Shown piece by piece: positions 51,349-61,528 of a stretch of DNA of 64,000 nt. A model generated the notes under the pieces. The model saw nothing but the letters and a program-made list of their open reading frames with translations. It was not told where the DNA came from and searched no databases. Source of the DNA: Acidobacteriota bacterium. GTDB lineage: Bacteria > Acidobacteriota > Thermoanaerobaculia > Gp7-AA8. The number at the start of each line of letters is the position of its first letter. Position 1 is the stretch's first letter. The position numbers and the translations under genes were made by a program. The DNA lies in NCBI GenBank assembly GCA_019244185.1, contig JAFATB010000006.1, forward strand, positions 96,001 to 160,000, in the 5' to 3' direction.

Positions 51349-51783
51349 CTACTGCACGCTGACCGGCGTCGCGCAGTGCTCGCGGAACGCCGCGGTGAGC
51401 TCGGCGGCGATGTCGTGCGCGTGGCGTCCTTCGATCTGCCAGCGCTCGAGCATCTTCACGACCTGGCCGTCCTTCATCAGCGCGATCGCGGGCGACGACG
51501 GGCGGAAGCCGGCGAAATACTCGCGCGCGCGCTGCGTCGCCTCGCGGTCGTTGCCGGCGAAGACAGTGATCATGCGGTCGGGTTTGACGTCGCCCTCGAG
51601 CGCCATCGCCACGGCCGGACGGGCCATGCCGGCCGCGCAGCCGCAGACGGAGTTGACGACGACGAGCACGGTGCCGTTCTTCTGCCCGAGCACCGCATCG
51701 ACCTCCGCCACCGTCCGAGTCTCTTCAATTCCGAGCCGCGTCAGCTCCCGCCGCATCGGCTCGACGATCATTTCATCGTACAT
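51349..51783 (-). CDS. BrxA/BrxB-family bacilliredoxin
   Basis: PMRRELT, VNSVCGCAAGMARP, TVFAG, PSSPAIALMKDG, IEGR. Confidence 0.92.
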   Translation of the reverse strand: MYDEMIVEPMRRELTRLGIEETRTVAEVDAVLGQKNGTVLVVVNSVCGCAAGMARPAVAMALEGDVKPDRMITVFAGNDREATQRAREYFAGFRPSSPAIALMKDGQVVKMLERWQIEGRHAHDIAAELTAAFREHCATPVSVQ

Positions 51784-51872
51784 CGTGGTAGTCCTCCAGT
51801 TGCTCGATGATAACGCAGCGCATTGCGCGGTGTTCCCGGCCGGCCCGGCCCGCCTATCCTGGACTCGCGCTG

Positions 51873-51924
51873 CAGCCGCACGTCCCGGATAGGCTGGGCC
51901 TTAAGCGCAGCCGGCCGCGCCGGC
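51873..51924. repeat. REP-like unit related to 15947-16048
   Basis: CAGCCGCACGT...GCC..AGCGCAGCCGGCCGCGCCGGC, abutting a minus-strand stop codon. Confidence 0.75.
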
Positions 51925-53418
51925 TTAATGCCCGTGCGTATCGTCCACCTGCAGCGACGACAACATCTGATTGAGCACGCCGTTGTACGCGGACGCCTGC
52001 TGCTCCGGCGTCACGAACAGCATGTAGATCACGTGACCGTCGGGCAGTCCGCGCGTCACCACCGTCACGCGCTCGTCCACGCCGGTGTTCGGGTTGCGTC
52101 CGCCGAGCGCCACGGCCATGCCGGTGCGTCCGTCGATGTTCACGCGCTGGCCCTGGTTGCTCAGCAGCCGCAGGTGCGGGCTGTTGCTCTGGATCTGCTG
52201 GAGCAGGTCCTGCGTCGCTTCCTGCAACGTGATCTGTCCGCCCGTGCCGCCGCCGTTGTTGAGGTACGCGCGCGGGTTGTTGCCGAACGGATCGTAGTGA
52301 TTGATGACGAGGCCGTAGACGATCTCCGCGCGACCGTTCGCGTTGCCGACGCCGCCCTGCGGCGCGATCGTCACGCCGAAACCGTTCGACGGATAGACCT
52401 GCCAGTTCGACGGATACGCGACCTGATACGAGGCCGTCTTGTTCGTGTACGTGCGCCACTGGCGCGACGGCGCGGCGACGTTGCCGATCGCGGCGCCGGA
52501 ACTCGTTCCCGTGCTGCTGGTCATGGGCGGATTCGTGCGCGCCACGCCCTGCGCGATCTGCGCGGACGTTGGAGCGTTTCCGTAGCGGCGCAGCGAGGTC
52601 TTAATCGATGCGAGCTGCTGCGGGTTCGTCGTCGGCGCCGACGCGACGCGCAGCATCTGCGATTCCTTCTGAATGCGCGCGATGCGGTCCGGCGGTGCCG
52701 GGTGATCGGAGAGCCAGTTCGTCTTGTGCGACTGGTCGACCGATTCGAGCGTGTGGAAGAAGTTCACCATGTCGATGGGCGAGTAACCGCTCGCGGCGAG
52801 GATCTGCGCGCCGCGCACGTCAGCTTGCGACTCGAGGTCGCGGCTGAACTTGAGGAAGAGCGCGTTGAGGCCGAGGCCGCCGACGGCGTTGAGGATTTGC
52901 GCGGTGCCGCCGCCGACGCGGCCGCCGAGAATGCCGCCGAGGATCTGCAGACCCGCCTGCGCGGCATACGCTTTCGAGGCCTGGTGCGTGCCGTGACGCA
53001 GCGACACGTGCGCGATCTCGTGCGCGATGACGCCCGCGACTTCACCTTCATTCTTCGCGTTCTCGAGGATGCCGCGGTTCACGTAGACGTAGCCGCCGGG
53101 CAATGCGAACGCGTTGATGTCGGAGGCGTTCACGACGCGGAAGCGATACTGAAACTGCGGGCCGCCCGCGTTCGCCGCGAGCCGCTGGCCGATGCGGTTG
53201 ACGTAGTTGTCGACCGCCGAGTCGCGCAGGATCGGCAGCTGCTGTTCCGCCTGTGCGGCGCTCTGCGAGCCGATCTCGACGTCCTGCTGCGCGCTAAAGA
53301 GATTGAATCCGGGATTGACTTTCGTTTGCGCGTACGCCGCGTCCGTCGCGAGCGTCGCGACGAACATCAGGGCGAGGAGCGGACGCGCAAGTGCATGACC
53401 TGCTCGGTTCATGTGCAT
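51925..53418 (-). CDS. M48-family metallopeptidase (BepA-like) with C-terminal extension
   Basis: INAFALPGG, HEIAH, FSRDLESQAD, WLSDHP; SD GAAGGAG. Confidence 0.92.
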   Translation of the reverse strand: MHMNRAGHALARPLLALMFVATLATDAAYAQTKVNPGFNLFSAQQDVEIGSQSAAQAEQQLPILRDSAVDNYVNRIGQRLAANAGGPQFQYRFRVVNASDINAFALPGGYVYVNRGILENAKNEGEVAGVIAHEIAHVSLRHGTHQASKAYAAQAGLQILGGILGGRVGGGTAQILNAVGGLGLNALFLKFSRDLESQADVRGAQILAASGYSPIDMVNFFHTLESVDQSHKTNWLSDHPAPPDRIARIQKESQMLRVASAPTTNPQQLASIKTSLRRYGNAPTSAQIAQGVARTNPPMTSSTGTSSGAAIGNVAAPSRQWRTYTNKTASYQVAYPSNWQVYPSNGFGVTIAPQGGVGNANGRAEIVYGLVINHYDPFGNNPRAYLNNGGGTGGQITLQEATQDLLQQIQSNSPHLRLLSNQGQRVNIDGRTGMAVALGGRNPNTGVDERVTVVTRGLPDGHVIYMLFVTPEQQASAYNGVLNQMLSSLQVDDTHGH

Positions 53419-53516
53419 GTCTCCTTCGCCGCTCTCCATTGCATCCGCAATGCCGTGATGGATGGGCGCAAATCACTGATTCTGCGCCAAGACTGGCCGG
53501 TTTTCGGGACGCAGTG

Positions 53517-54776
53517 TCAACGGGTACCGACGACGCGGCGACGGCTGGAGACGAGATGGCCGAGCACGTCGAGGTCCGCCGCCGTGATGAGCCCGTCTGC
53601 ATTCGCGTCGCAGCCCCACGAGCCGACGTACGCGCCGTCCTGAGCCGTGACCATCGGATGCGGGTCGCCGTCGGCGAGCTCGCGCATCAATGGATAGACG
53701 TCGCGAAAGTCGACGTGTCCGTCGCCGTCGCAGTCGCCGCGCTGCGGTACGACGAGATGGCGCACCGTGCTCGTTCCCGCAAAGCCGGATGTGACGAGAT
53801 AGAGCTCGCCTTGCGGCGCCTGCATCACGTCGATCACCGGCTCGTCGAGCTCGCTGACGACGGCGTGCGGCGCCGCCACCGGCGAGGCATCGAGATTCTG
53901 AAAGTAGTAGACCGCGCTCGTGACGAACGAGCCGACGAGATAGCCGCGAGGCAGCAGCGCGTTGGAGCCGTCGAGCCGCGCGACGCCGGTCGGCGCGACG
54001 GTGGTCGGGAAGACGTACACCGGCGCGATCGAGCCGCTCATCGGCGCCTCGTTGCCGAACGTGTTCGGCCAGCCGAGGTTCGAGCCGGCCGTCGCGAGGT
54101 TGATCTCGTCGCCGTTGTCGGGACCGTTGTCCGCGACGACAACATGTTGACCATCCGGCTCGACCGCGAGGTCGTAGGGATTGCGCAGGCCGCGCGCCCA
54201 CTCCGTGGCGGTGCCGTCGCGCTGCACGCGCCACACGCGGCCGCCGTTCCACCCGTCCGCCTGCGCCGCGACACGGCCGTTGTATTCGCCGATGCCGAGG
54301 AAGATCGAGCCGTCCGATGCGACCGTCGGATTGCCGCCGTGATGCTCGGCGGACGCGCCGCGCGACGGCACGTCCACGTCGCACACGAACGTGTGCAGTA
54401 CCTGCTCGGCGCCGGTCGCAAGGTCGACCGTCGACAGCACGTCCGCGATCACGGTCGCGCTGTCGTCCTTCTGCCCGTCCCACTTCGTGTAATGCACCGC
54501 GGCGGTGCTGTCGTCGAGCAGCGCCATGCCGAGAAGACCGCCGTTGCCGCCGTCGTGCGTCGGGAGCGACGCGATGGGCGTGGCCTGATCGCCGTCGATG
54601 CGATAGATCCACCCTTGCGTGGTCGTGCAATAGATCGTGCCGTGCGAGTCGATGGCGATCGAGCTCGCGAAGCCCGGCACCTGCGCGACCGGTTCGACGC
54701 GAAATCCGGGCAGCATGTCCGCGCGCAGAGCTGTCGTGAGAAGGAGAACGGCCACTGCCGGGCTGAGGAGCTTCAT
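53517..54776 (-). CDS. PQQ-dependent glucose/sorbosone dehydrogenase-like protein with dockerin-like C-terminus
   Basis: GGLLGMAL, HHGG, GLRNPY, DEIN, NLGWP; GDCDGDGHVDFRD and DANADGLITAADL. Confidence 0.85.
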   Translation of the reverse strand: MKLLSPAVAVLLLTTALRADMLPGFRVEPVAQVPGFASSIAIDSHGTIYCTTTQGWIYRIDGDQATPIASLPTHDGGNGGLLGMALLDDSTAAVHYTKWDGQKDDSATVIADVLSTVDLATGAEQVLHTFVCDVDVPSRGASAEHHGGNPTVASDGSIFLGIGEYNGRVAAQADGWNGGRVWRVQRDGTATEWARGLRNPYDLAVEPDGQHVVVADNGPDNGDEINLATAGSNLGWPNTFGNEAPMSGSIAPVYVFPTTVAPTGVARLDGSNALLPRGYLVGSFVTSAVYYFQNLDASPVAAPHAVVSELDEPVIDVMQAPQGELYLVTSGFAGTSTVRHLVVPQRGDCDGDGHVDFRDVYPLMRELADGDPHPMVTAQDGAYVGSWGCDANADGLITAADLDVLGHLVSSRRRVVGTR

Positions 54777-54821
54777 CCGCTGCGCACGCAAGAAAAGATC
54801 GCGCCAGCTTAGTATCACAAC

Positions 54822-55439
54822 ATGAAAACGTTGTTGATCACCGGCGGCACCGGCGGCCTCGGCACGCACGTCGTCGATCGCCTGCGTCGCGACTATCGCT
54901 GCGTCGTGCTCGCCCGCGGCGCGGCGCCCGAAGGCGTCGAGTCCGTGCACGGCGATCTCGCCGACGACGCGAGCATCGCAGCAGCGTTCGCGCAGGTGGC
55001 GCCGTTCTACGGACTCGTGCATCTCGCCGGCGGCTTCGCGATGGGCTCTGTCGCCGAGACGTCGAACGAGACGTGGTCGCAGATGCTCGCGCTGAATCTA
55101 ACGGGCGCCTTCAACGCCGCGCGCGCCGCGCTGCCGCACCTCTCGCGTCCTGGCCGGATCGTGATGGTGAGCTCCGAAGCGACCCTCGCGCCGTCCGCCG
55201 GCATCGCCGCGTATCTCGTGTCGAAGTCGGCGCTCAATACACTCGTCGACGTGCTCGCCGTCGAGAACCGCGATCTCACCGTGAACGCCGTGCTGCCCGC
55301 GTCGATGGCGACGCCGGCGATGCGCGCGTCGGGGATGACCGGACTCGTGCCGCTCGAGCGCGTGTCCGAAACGATCGCGTTCCTGCTGTCCGACGCGGCC
55401 GCGGGCATCAGCGGCGCACGGATTCCGATTCGCGCATAA
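54822..55439 (+). CDS. Short-chain dehydrogenase/reductase
   Basis: TGGTGGLG, HLAGG, YLVSK, VNAVLP. Confidence 0.9.
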   Translation: MKTLLITGGTGGLGTHVVDRLRRDYRCVVLARGAAPEGVESVHGDLADDASIAAAFAQVAPFYGLVHLAGGFAMGSVAETSNETWSQMLALNLTGAFNAARAALPHLSRPGRIVMVSSEATLAPSAGIAAYLVSKSALNTLVDVLAVENRDLTVNAVLPASMATPAMRASGMTGLVPLERVSETIAFLLSDAAAGISGARIPIRA

Positions 55440-55454
55440 TGGTCGCGAATCCAC

Positions 55455-56057
55455 GTGTTATCGACCGACCACACGCGCAGTGAAGCCGCGCTCGTCGCCG
55501 CGTTGCAGGCCGGCGATGGCAACGCGTTCGAGACGCTCCTCCGCGTCTACGGTCCCCGGCTCCTCCGCCTCGCCCGTCGCATCCTCGGCAATGAAGACGA
55601 TGCGCGCGACGTGCTGCAGGACGCGATGGTCGCCGTCTATCGCTCCATCGGCACGTTCGAGTCGACGGCCATGCTCTCGACGTGGCTGCACCGCATCGTC
55701 GTCAACGCGTGCCTCATGCGCCTGCGCGCGCAACGCAGGCGTCCCGAGGAGCTCGATGTTGACGAATACCTCCCGCGGTTTCAGGAGGACGGACACCAGG
55801 TCGAGCCGAGCGTCGCGTGGAGCGAGAACGCGCAGAGCGTGCTCGAACGCGAAGAGCTCCGCGACCTCGTGCGCGCCAACATCGCGCGGCTGCCGGACGC
55901 CTACCGTATCGTTTTGCATCTCCGCGACATCGAAGAGATGTCGACCGAGGAGACTGCCGCGATTTTGGGCATCACGAAGAACGCTGTGAAGATCCGCCTG
56001 CACCGCGCGCGACAGGCACTGCGCACGCTGCTCGACGCGCACATGAGACCGCGATGA
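55455..56057 (+). CDS. ECF RNA polymerase sigma factor
   Basis: DARDVLQD, STWLHRIVVN, AVKIRLHRAR. Confidence 0.93.
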   Translation: MLSTDHTRSEAALVAALQAGDGNAFETLLRVYGPRLLRLARRILGNEDDARDVLQDAMVAVYRSIGTFESTAMLSTWLHRIVVNACLMRLRAQRRRPEELDVDEYLPRFQEDGHQVEPSVAWSENAQSVLEREELRDLVRANIARLPDAYRIVLHLRDIEEMSTEETAAILGITKNAVKIRLHRARQALRTLLDAHMRPR

Positions 56058-56311
56058 ACGCACCGACCAAATTTCCGACCTGCCACGACGTCCTCACGTT
56101 CCTCGACGACTACGTCGCCGGCGAGCTCGCCCCCGACACCCGCGCCACGTTCGACCGCCACCTCAGCGTCTGCCCCTCGTGCGTCGCGTACCTGGCGAGC
56201 TACCGCGAGACCATCGCCATGGCCCGCGCCGCCCACCGCCCCCCCACCCTCCCGACCGTGCCCCCCGAGCTCCTCGCCGCCATCCGCACGAGCATCGCCC
56301 CCGGGAAATAA
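56054..56311 (+). CDS. Zinc-binding (zf-HC2) anti-sigma factor
   Basis: C...HLSVCPSC; ATGA overlap with the sigma gene. Confidence 0.88.
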   Translation: MNAPTKFPTCHDVLTFLDDYVAGELAPDTRATFDRHLSVCPSCVAYLASYRETIAMARAAHRPPTLPTVPPELLAAIRTSIAPGK

Positions 56312-56340
56312 CCCCCACCCCCACCCCGTTGACGTGGACC

Positions 56341-56369
56341 TTGACGCAAGGAGCCGCCGCCCCCATAAT
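56341..56369 (+). promoter_or_regulatory. Sigma70-type promoter of the tRNA
   Basis: TTGACG-17 nt-CATAAT followed by a GC-rich discriminator. Confidence 0.75.
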
Positions 56370-56397
56370 CGCGCCCTCTTTGCGACCCACCAAGTGA

Positions 56398-56474
<77 letters not shown>

Positions 56475-56488
56475 ATCGAACATGATCT

Positions 56489-56510
56489 AAGCCGCTGGAA
56501 ACAGCGGCTT
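56489..56510 (+). terminator. Hairpin after the tRNA
   Basis: AAGCCGCTG-GAAA-CAGCGGCTT followed by T-rich sequence. Confidence 0.7.
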
Positions 56511-56586
56511 TAGTGTTTCTGGACTATTCAGATTTACTTCCACAGATTCGCTAACTGTCCGAGAACCGTCCGACTTCTCGGAAAAG

Positions 56587-57294
56587 TCATGCGGCGAGGG
56601 GTGCAACTGCGAGCGTAGTGAGGATGTTCGCCAGGAGTTTTGGTTCGTCGATCATCATGTCGTGCATGCTCGGCGTTTCGAGCACTTGCCACCCGGTCGT
56701 TCTCGCGTCGTCGCGACACTGATTGAAACGATTACTCACGTACTTCGTCGTGCGGATGTAGAGCTTCTTCTTGATCGCCTCGCGACAGCCGGTGAGTCGG
56801 ATCGGTTGCAGCGCGACGCCGACGGGTTGTTTGGTCAAGAGGTCGTTAACCCACGCGCTGTTCTCCGCGCTCACGAACTCCGAGGCGTGAGGATGGTCAG
56901 TTCCTGGTTGTCCAAGTGCGAGCGCTTCGTCGATCTTCTCGGGATGGTTCGACGTGTCGTAGCCGCGTTGTCCGTCTTGCGGTAGATGGGCGTCGAGGAA
57001 CACGAGTGCTCTTACCCGTCGATGGATGTGTTCGAGCGCGCCGGACGTGGGCCATCCACCGTAGGAGTGCGCGCAGAGGACGACATCGTCGAGTCGTTCG
57101 GTGGTGAAGATATCGACGATGTCCGCGATGTGCGTCTCCAAGGTGATGTCGAAGCTCAGGAGGTGGGACCGCTCACCGAGTCCAGCGAGCGTCGGTGTGA
57201 AGACCTGGTGTCCCTCTGCTCGTAGCAGGTCAGCGACGGTTTGCCAGCACCAGGCACCATGCCACGCACCGTGGATGAGAACGAACACGCTCAT
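56587..57294 (-). CDS. Alpha/beta hydrolase (methylesterase-like), cargo
   Basis: HGAWHGAWCW, nucleophile AHSYGG, VFLDA, HDMMIDEP. Confidence 0.92.
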   Translation of the reverse strand: MSVFVLIHGAWHGAWCWQTVADLLRAEGHQVFTPTLAGLGERSHLLSFDITLETHIADIVDIFTTERLDDVVLCAHSYGGWPTSGALEHIHRRVRALVFLDAHLPQDGQRGYDTSNHPEKIDEALALGQPGTDHPHASEFVSAENSAWVNDLLTKQPVGVALQPIRLTGCREAIKKKLYIRTTKYVSNRFNQCRDDARTTGWQVLETPSMHDMMIDEPKLLANILTTLAVAPLAA

Positions 57295-57324
57295 ATTGCT
57301 TGCTAGGTTGCAAGCGCGGTTCCT

Positions 57325-58383
57325 TCAGGCTTTGGCTTGGAGGTACTCCTGCGTCTTTTTCATGGCGTCGCGCAGGTCACGCTCGTCGGTGATGTTGTAC
57401 CGGTCAAAGACGCTGCGAGTTTTGTGGCCGCTGATCTTCATGGCGACGGTTTCTGGGACACCGGCGCGGACCATGTTCCTGATCGCGGTGCGTCGGAAGT
57501 CGTGGAAGAGCTTCTTGCCTACTCCGGCCTTGGTACAGGCGGTTGCCCATGCTTTCTTGATGTCGACGATCGCGTGGCCCTCGTTGTGGAAGACGAGCGT
57601 GGCGATCCTGCTCGTGCGGCCGTTGCGGATGACGCGTTCGTTCCAGCGTCGCTCGATGATCGTCCAGAGGTCTCCTTCGAGGGCGAGCGTGCGTCCGTCG
57701 CCGTTCTTGCTTTCCTCGGGTCGGAGGCGGATGACGCGGGCACGTTGGTCGACGTCGCTCCATTCGAGCGTGAAGACTTCGCCGCGGCGCCACCCGCTGA
57801 GGTACGCGAACCGACACGCGTCCTGCAGATACGTAGGGAGGTGCTCGATGACGCGTTCCAACTCGTCGTGTTCGAAGAATCCTTGGCGGGTGTTCTTCTC
57901 GGGCAGCTTGCGAATGTAGGGCTTGGTGTTGAGTTCGCGGCGTCGGAGCGCGAGGTTGAATGCTTGCCCGACGAGTTGCGTGCTGCGGTTGATCGTTGCC
58001 GGCGCTCGTCCCGCTTCGAGTGCTGCTTCGATGAACGTGTCGATGTGCTTGGGCGTGAGCTTGGTGGCGCGGTAGTGCCCGAAGTTGTCGCGAGCGCGCT
58101 GCAGGTGACACGTGATGCTTGGGCTGTACTTGCCGCGCAGCTTGTAGTCATGCTCCAACGCGTCGAGCAGGTCGCTGACAGTGATGCGGTCTTGGTGCGG
58201 GATGAAGGTCTGCAGGCCGAGGGTTTCTGCACCGAGCTCCTGCTGCCGACGCTTGAGGAGTTTCTGCGCGTCGCGGTACTCCGCGCTCTTGCTGCTCTCG
58301 CGCAGCTCTTTCCCTTGGTGGTTGTACGCAATCCACCAGTGGTTGCTGTCCCGTCGTTTGTAGATGCGTCCGTCGCCGCGCAT
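57325..58383 (-). CDS. int: Tyrosine recombinase/integrase
   Basis: SGWRRGE (R), SKNG (K), HDFRR, SGHKT, RYN (Y); N-terminal arm-binding GRIYKR...WWIAY. Confidence 0.95.
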   Translation of the reverse strand: MRGDGRIYKRRDSNHWWIAYNHQGKELRESSKSAEYRDAQKLLKRRQQELGAETLGLQTFIPHQDRITVSDLLDALEHDYKLRGKYSPSITCHLQRARDNFGHYRATKLTPKHIDTFIEAALEAGRAPATINRSTQLVGQAFNLALRRRELNTKPYIRKLPEKNTRQGFFEHDELERVIEHLPTYLQDACRFAYLSGWRRGEVFTLEWSDVDQRARVIRLRPEESKNGDGRTLALEGDLWTIIERRWNERVIRNGRTSRIATLVFHNEGHAIVDIKKAWATACTKAGVGKKLFHDFRRTAIRNMVRAGVPETVAMKISGHKTRSVFDRYNITDERDLRDAMKKTQEYLQAKA

Positions 58384-58437
58384 GTCATTCAAAAGGAAGC
58401 GGTCACGTCGTGCGAAAGTCCAGTAGCGAAACCGTAG

Positions 58438-58713
58438 CTACCCTCGCTCCCGTCGCAGGTAGTCTTGGATACCGATGGTGCTAAACCGGAGCTGCCCTGG
58501 TCCTGGTCGCACCGTGAAGCGGAACTCATCGGCGTGGCGGTACAGCCAGTCCGGCGTCACCGCAAGAATCACGGCCGCGTCGCGCACCGTGAGGAGATGA
58601 TCCTGCGGTCCGCCAAGGTGCTGTGCGACCTCCAGCGCGACCAGGCGTGCGAGCAGCTGCAGCCGTTCCGCTTCCGCGGTGGTCAGCTGCGCGAGAAGGT
58701 CGTCGCGAGTCAT
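58438..58713 (-). CDS. Excisionase-like HTH protein
   Basis: LLTVRDAAVILAVTPDWLYRH...LRF; directly upstream of the integrase. Confidence 0.8.
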   Translation of the reverse strand: MTRDDLLAQLTTAEAERLQLLARLVALEVAQHLGGPQDHLLTVRDAAVILAVTPDWLYRHADEFRFTVRPGPGQLRFSTIGIQDYLRRERG

Positions 58714-60809
58714 GACCGAAGTGCGTCGAGCAGTCGGAGAACGTCGAGGAGGACGACGCGGTCTGTTGCACCAATGGTCTGCTGCAGCGCTTCGGCCTGG
58801 CCGAGTGTTGCGATGATCGTGAGCGCGAACCCCTCGTTGCGTGCGACGTTGCGCGGCCCGGTGAGTTCGGGGCGCGAGCATTCGACTTCGAGCGCGATCA
58901 CGTCGCCATCGTTGAGCGCAATCTGTCGTTCGCTGAGCTGCGCGATTGCATTGAGTAGTTGCTTGTGTGTCGTGGTGTTGTACGCAACGACGAGGTCGAC
59001 GCTGAGCGTCTCGATCGTGCTGCGCGGGATGCGCCGCGACAGCTCGTGGATGAGAAACGCGTGTTGCACCGAATCACCACCGCGCGTGCCTTTCGGTGGT
59101 CGCTTGCCAAGCCATGCGTGTCCTGCCGGCGTGAGGCGCAATGCGTTGCCGGTCTTGCCACGCCCGGCGCCGGTACGGACACGGTGCGACTCGAGAAACC
59201 CAAGACTCATCACGGTGGTCTTCGCGCGTTCTCCTTCCGAGAGTCGGAGTCCGCAGCGACTGAAGCACGGCGTGGTGAGGGTGTACGGATGCTCGGCAGC
59301 ATCGTTGAGGATGGCCGTGGCGTGCTTGTTGAGCGCAATCGTTTTCGTGTTCCTGGGTTGCTCCACCGCCGGCGCAACGCGTGCCGGTGGTGCGGATGAC
59401 GGCGCGGGTTCATGCGACGGCGTCGGCTGCCCCTTGCCCTCGATCCCTTCCCTTGCTGCCAATGCTCTTAGCGCTGCGAGTTGATCGGTGCGACGGAGTG
59501 CGATTTGCCAATCGCTCGGGCTGACTGCCTTCTCATTCGTGCTGCGCGGAAATGTGGCCAGGATGGGATGTCGCCACTCATCTGCCAATTTGATGATGCA
59601 TTCGCCGCGGACGAGGCGTGTGTTGAGAAACTCGTGCTCTTCGCTGGTGAGTCCGAAGGTGCGGGCGATCTCGCTGCTCTCCGCGGCGCTGGTAAGGTTC
59701 ATCACGATCTGCGTGCCGAGATTGGCCTTCAGCAGTGGATCAAGGAGTTGGACGCTCGTGCTGGTGACGATCATGCCGATGCCGTACTCGCGCACCATTG
59801 ACTGGACGTAGGAGAGCAGCGGCTGCCGATCGATGTTGCTGGCCTGCGCGTTCCACGCGGAGAGTCCTTCATCTAACACCACGACGTACGAGAGGCCACC
59901 GCGCCGCTGCTGCCGACGCTGATGGAACAGCAACTCATGAATCAGAAACGTGATGGCGAACTCGCTCGCCTCATTCGCTGCCGTAATGGGAAAGTAGAGG
60001 GAGTGCGTGAAGAGGTCATCGACCGTCAGGCCCGCCCGAGTGTGGAACATGCCGGGGTAGAGCGCGGCGAAGCGCTGCAACCGTAAGCTCGCGCCGGTGA
60101 TCGCGTCACGGCGGGAGAACGTATCGCCTTTGGCGCTCATGCGCCGCAGGATGGCCATGACATCGGCGAGTGATGGCTGCTCATGCTGCGCGAATGCCTG
60201 GTGGTGGGCGTCCGTGAGGACTTGCTTATTGTGTTCGCCACCGTAGAAGGTACGGGCAAGGCACGTGACGATGGTGCTGATGTGCTCCGGGCGCGTGATC
60301 CCCGGCGGTTGCTGGATGATGTTGAGCGCAACATCAGGATGCAGGATGAGGAAGCGCTCATCGTGTGCAGCGAGCGCACGCGTGTCGTCTTTGCGGTCGA
60401 CAATGATGAGGTGCACGCCGGCGGCGAGGAGTTGCGGAAGCAACGATGCGAGTAGCGTCGTCTTCCCGAAGCCTGTCGCTCCGAAGATGCCGACGTGTTG
60501 TGCGAAATGCTCATTCGTCCGGCGTACGGGTGTACCGTTCGCGTGCTGCACCGCAAGCATGAATGAGCCGTGCGTCGCCTCTGGTGGCATGACGCGGAAT
60601 GGGTGCTCGCGATGAAACTCAACGTAGACACGCAGCCGATCACGCACCACCTGCAGTGCGGTCACATCGCCATACACCGGGTGCTCGGGATCGATCGCCG
60701 CAAGCGTGTGCACAATCATCGGATCATGCCGGCCGAGTTCGAATCGATCCGCGATCGCCCTTAGCCGAGCAAGTTCGCGTGGATCGACGGTCTGAACGAG
60801 CAAAGCCAT
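58710..60809 (-). CDS. HerA/FtsK/VirB4-superfamily ATPase with C-terminal wHTH and PD-(D/E)xK-like domain
   Basis: Walker A GATGFGKTT, IIVDRK, Walker B VVLDEG, VREYGIGM; C-terminal GGDSVQH...VDLV...IALEVE; SD GGAGG before ATG 60809. Confidence 0.8.
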   Translation of the reverse strand: MALLVQTVDPRELARLRAIADRFELGRHDPMIVHTLAAIDPEHPVYGDVTALQVVRDRLRVYVEFHREHPFRVMPPEATHGSFMLAVQHANGTPVRRTNEHFAQHVGIFGATGFGKTTLLASLLPQLLAAGVHLIIVDRKDDTRALAAHDERFLILHPDVALNIIQQPPGITRPEHISTIVTCLARTFYGGEHNKQVLTDAHHQAFAQHEQPSLADVMAILRRMSAKGDTFSRRDAITGASLRLQRFAALYPGMFHTRAGLTVDDLFTHSLYFPITAANEASEFAITFLIHELLFHQRRQQRRGGLSYVVVLDEGLSAWNAQASNIDRQPLLSYVQSMVREYGIGMIVTSTSVQLLDPLLKANLGTQIVMNLTSAAESSEIARTFGLTSEEHEFLNTRLVRGECIIKLADEWRHPILATFPRSTNEKAVSPSDWQIALRRTDQLAALRALAAREGIEGKGQPTPSHEPAPSSAPPARVAPAVEQPRNTKTIALNKHATAILNDAAEHPYTLTTPCFSRCGLRLSEGERAKTTVMSLGFLESHRVRTGAGRGKTGNALRLTPAGHAWLGKRPPKGTRGGDSVQHAFLIHELSRRIPRSTIETLSVDLVVAYNTTTHKQLLNAIAQLSERQIALNDGDVIALEVECSRPELTGPRNVARNEGFALTIIATLGQAEALQQTIGATDRVVLLDVLRLLDALRS

Positions 60810-61189
60810 TCCCACCTCCACTCCCGATAGCAAGAGCGACACAAGCGCAGCGACCCCTCCTGGTCCTCCACGTGACGAATGCAGCGCGCGCAGGAGAGCG
60901 CGCCACAGTGCATGCACTCACGCATCACGGCCTGATGCAGTCCGTCACGTGCGCAATCGCTGCATGCGTACACCGCATCCTGCTCACTGACGACACGGCC
61001 ATCCATGGTGCGCACGAGCACACGCGAGAGGCGCGCGGTCCGACTCCCCTGCGGATCGATTGTGGTGTCCTCCACGACCTCCCCGATGTCGAAGCGTTGG
61101 TCACTGAAGTAGTCGCGGATCGTCGTTCTGCTCGTCGTGCGCTGGTTCACGGACGGGCGGGAAGCGTACGGGTTGGGAACGTCGGCCAT
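60761..61189 (-). CDS. Zinc-finger protein (four CxxC)
   Basis: CSDC, CMHC, CARC, CRSC; SD GGAGG. Confidence 0.72.
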   Translation of the reverse strand: MADVPNPYASRPSVNQRTTSRTTIRDYFSDQRFDIGEVVEDTTIDPQGSRTARLSRVLVRTMDGRVVSEQDAVYACSDCARDGLHQAVMRECMHCGALSCARCIRHVEDQEGSLRLCRSCYREWRWEWLCSFRPSIHANLLG

Positions 61190-61523
61190 GAGTCCTCCGA
61201 ACACGATTGGCGTCGTTGAAGAGTTGCTGCAGACCGCTGCCAAGCAGCACGCCGGCAGCGATGGGAAGCAGGACATGAACAATGCGCTGCGGCGCGAGCG
61301 GCCACGTAAGCATGACTGCGAGGGCCACGAGGACGAGCACCAGTGCGCGCTGCCGATTCAAGGCGGCAGCTGACGCACTGGCGAACAAGAGGTAGTACGC
61401 CGCGTCCAGCAGCGAGAGCACGAGCGTGATCCCCTCGGCGTGTGCCGCCGCCGCGACGGCGGCGAGCACATTCACGCAGAGAAGAATCACAAGGGCGTGC
61501 ACAAGGGTGCGGTAGAAGAGCAT
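61101..61523 (-). CDS. Multi-TM membrane protein
   Basis: About four hydrophobic helices; SD AAGGA. Confidence 0.65.
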   Translation of the reverse strand: MLFYRTLVHALVILLCVNVLAAVAAAAHAEGITLVLSLLDAAYYLLFASASAAALNRQRALVLVLVALAVMLTWPLAPQRIVHVLLPIAAGVLLGSGLQQLFNDANRVRRTHGRRSQPVRFPPVREPAHDEQNDDPRLLQ

Positions 61524-61528
61524 CGTCC

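Noticed and set aside
51349-51783. Bacilliredoxin as an anomalous acquisition
   Set aside because: Host-like codon usage, and the family is known beyond Firmicutes.
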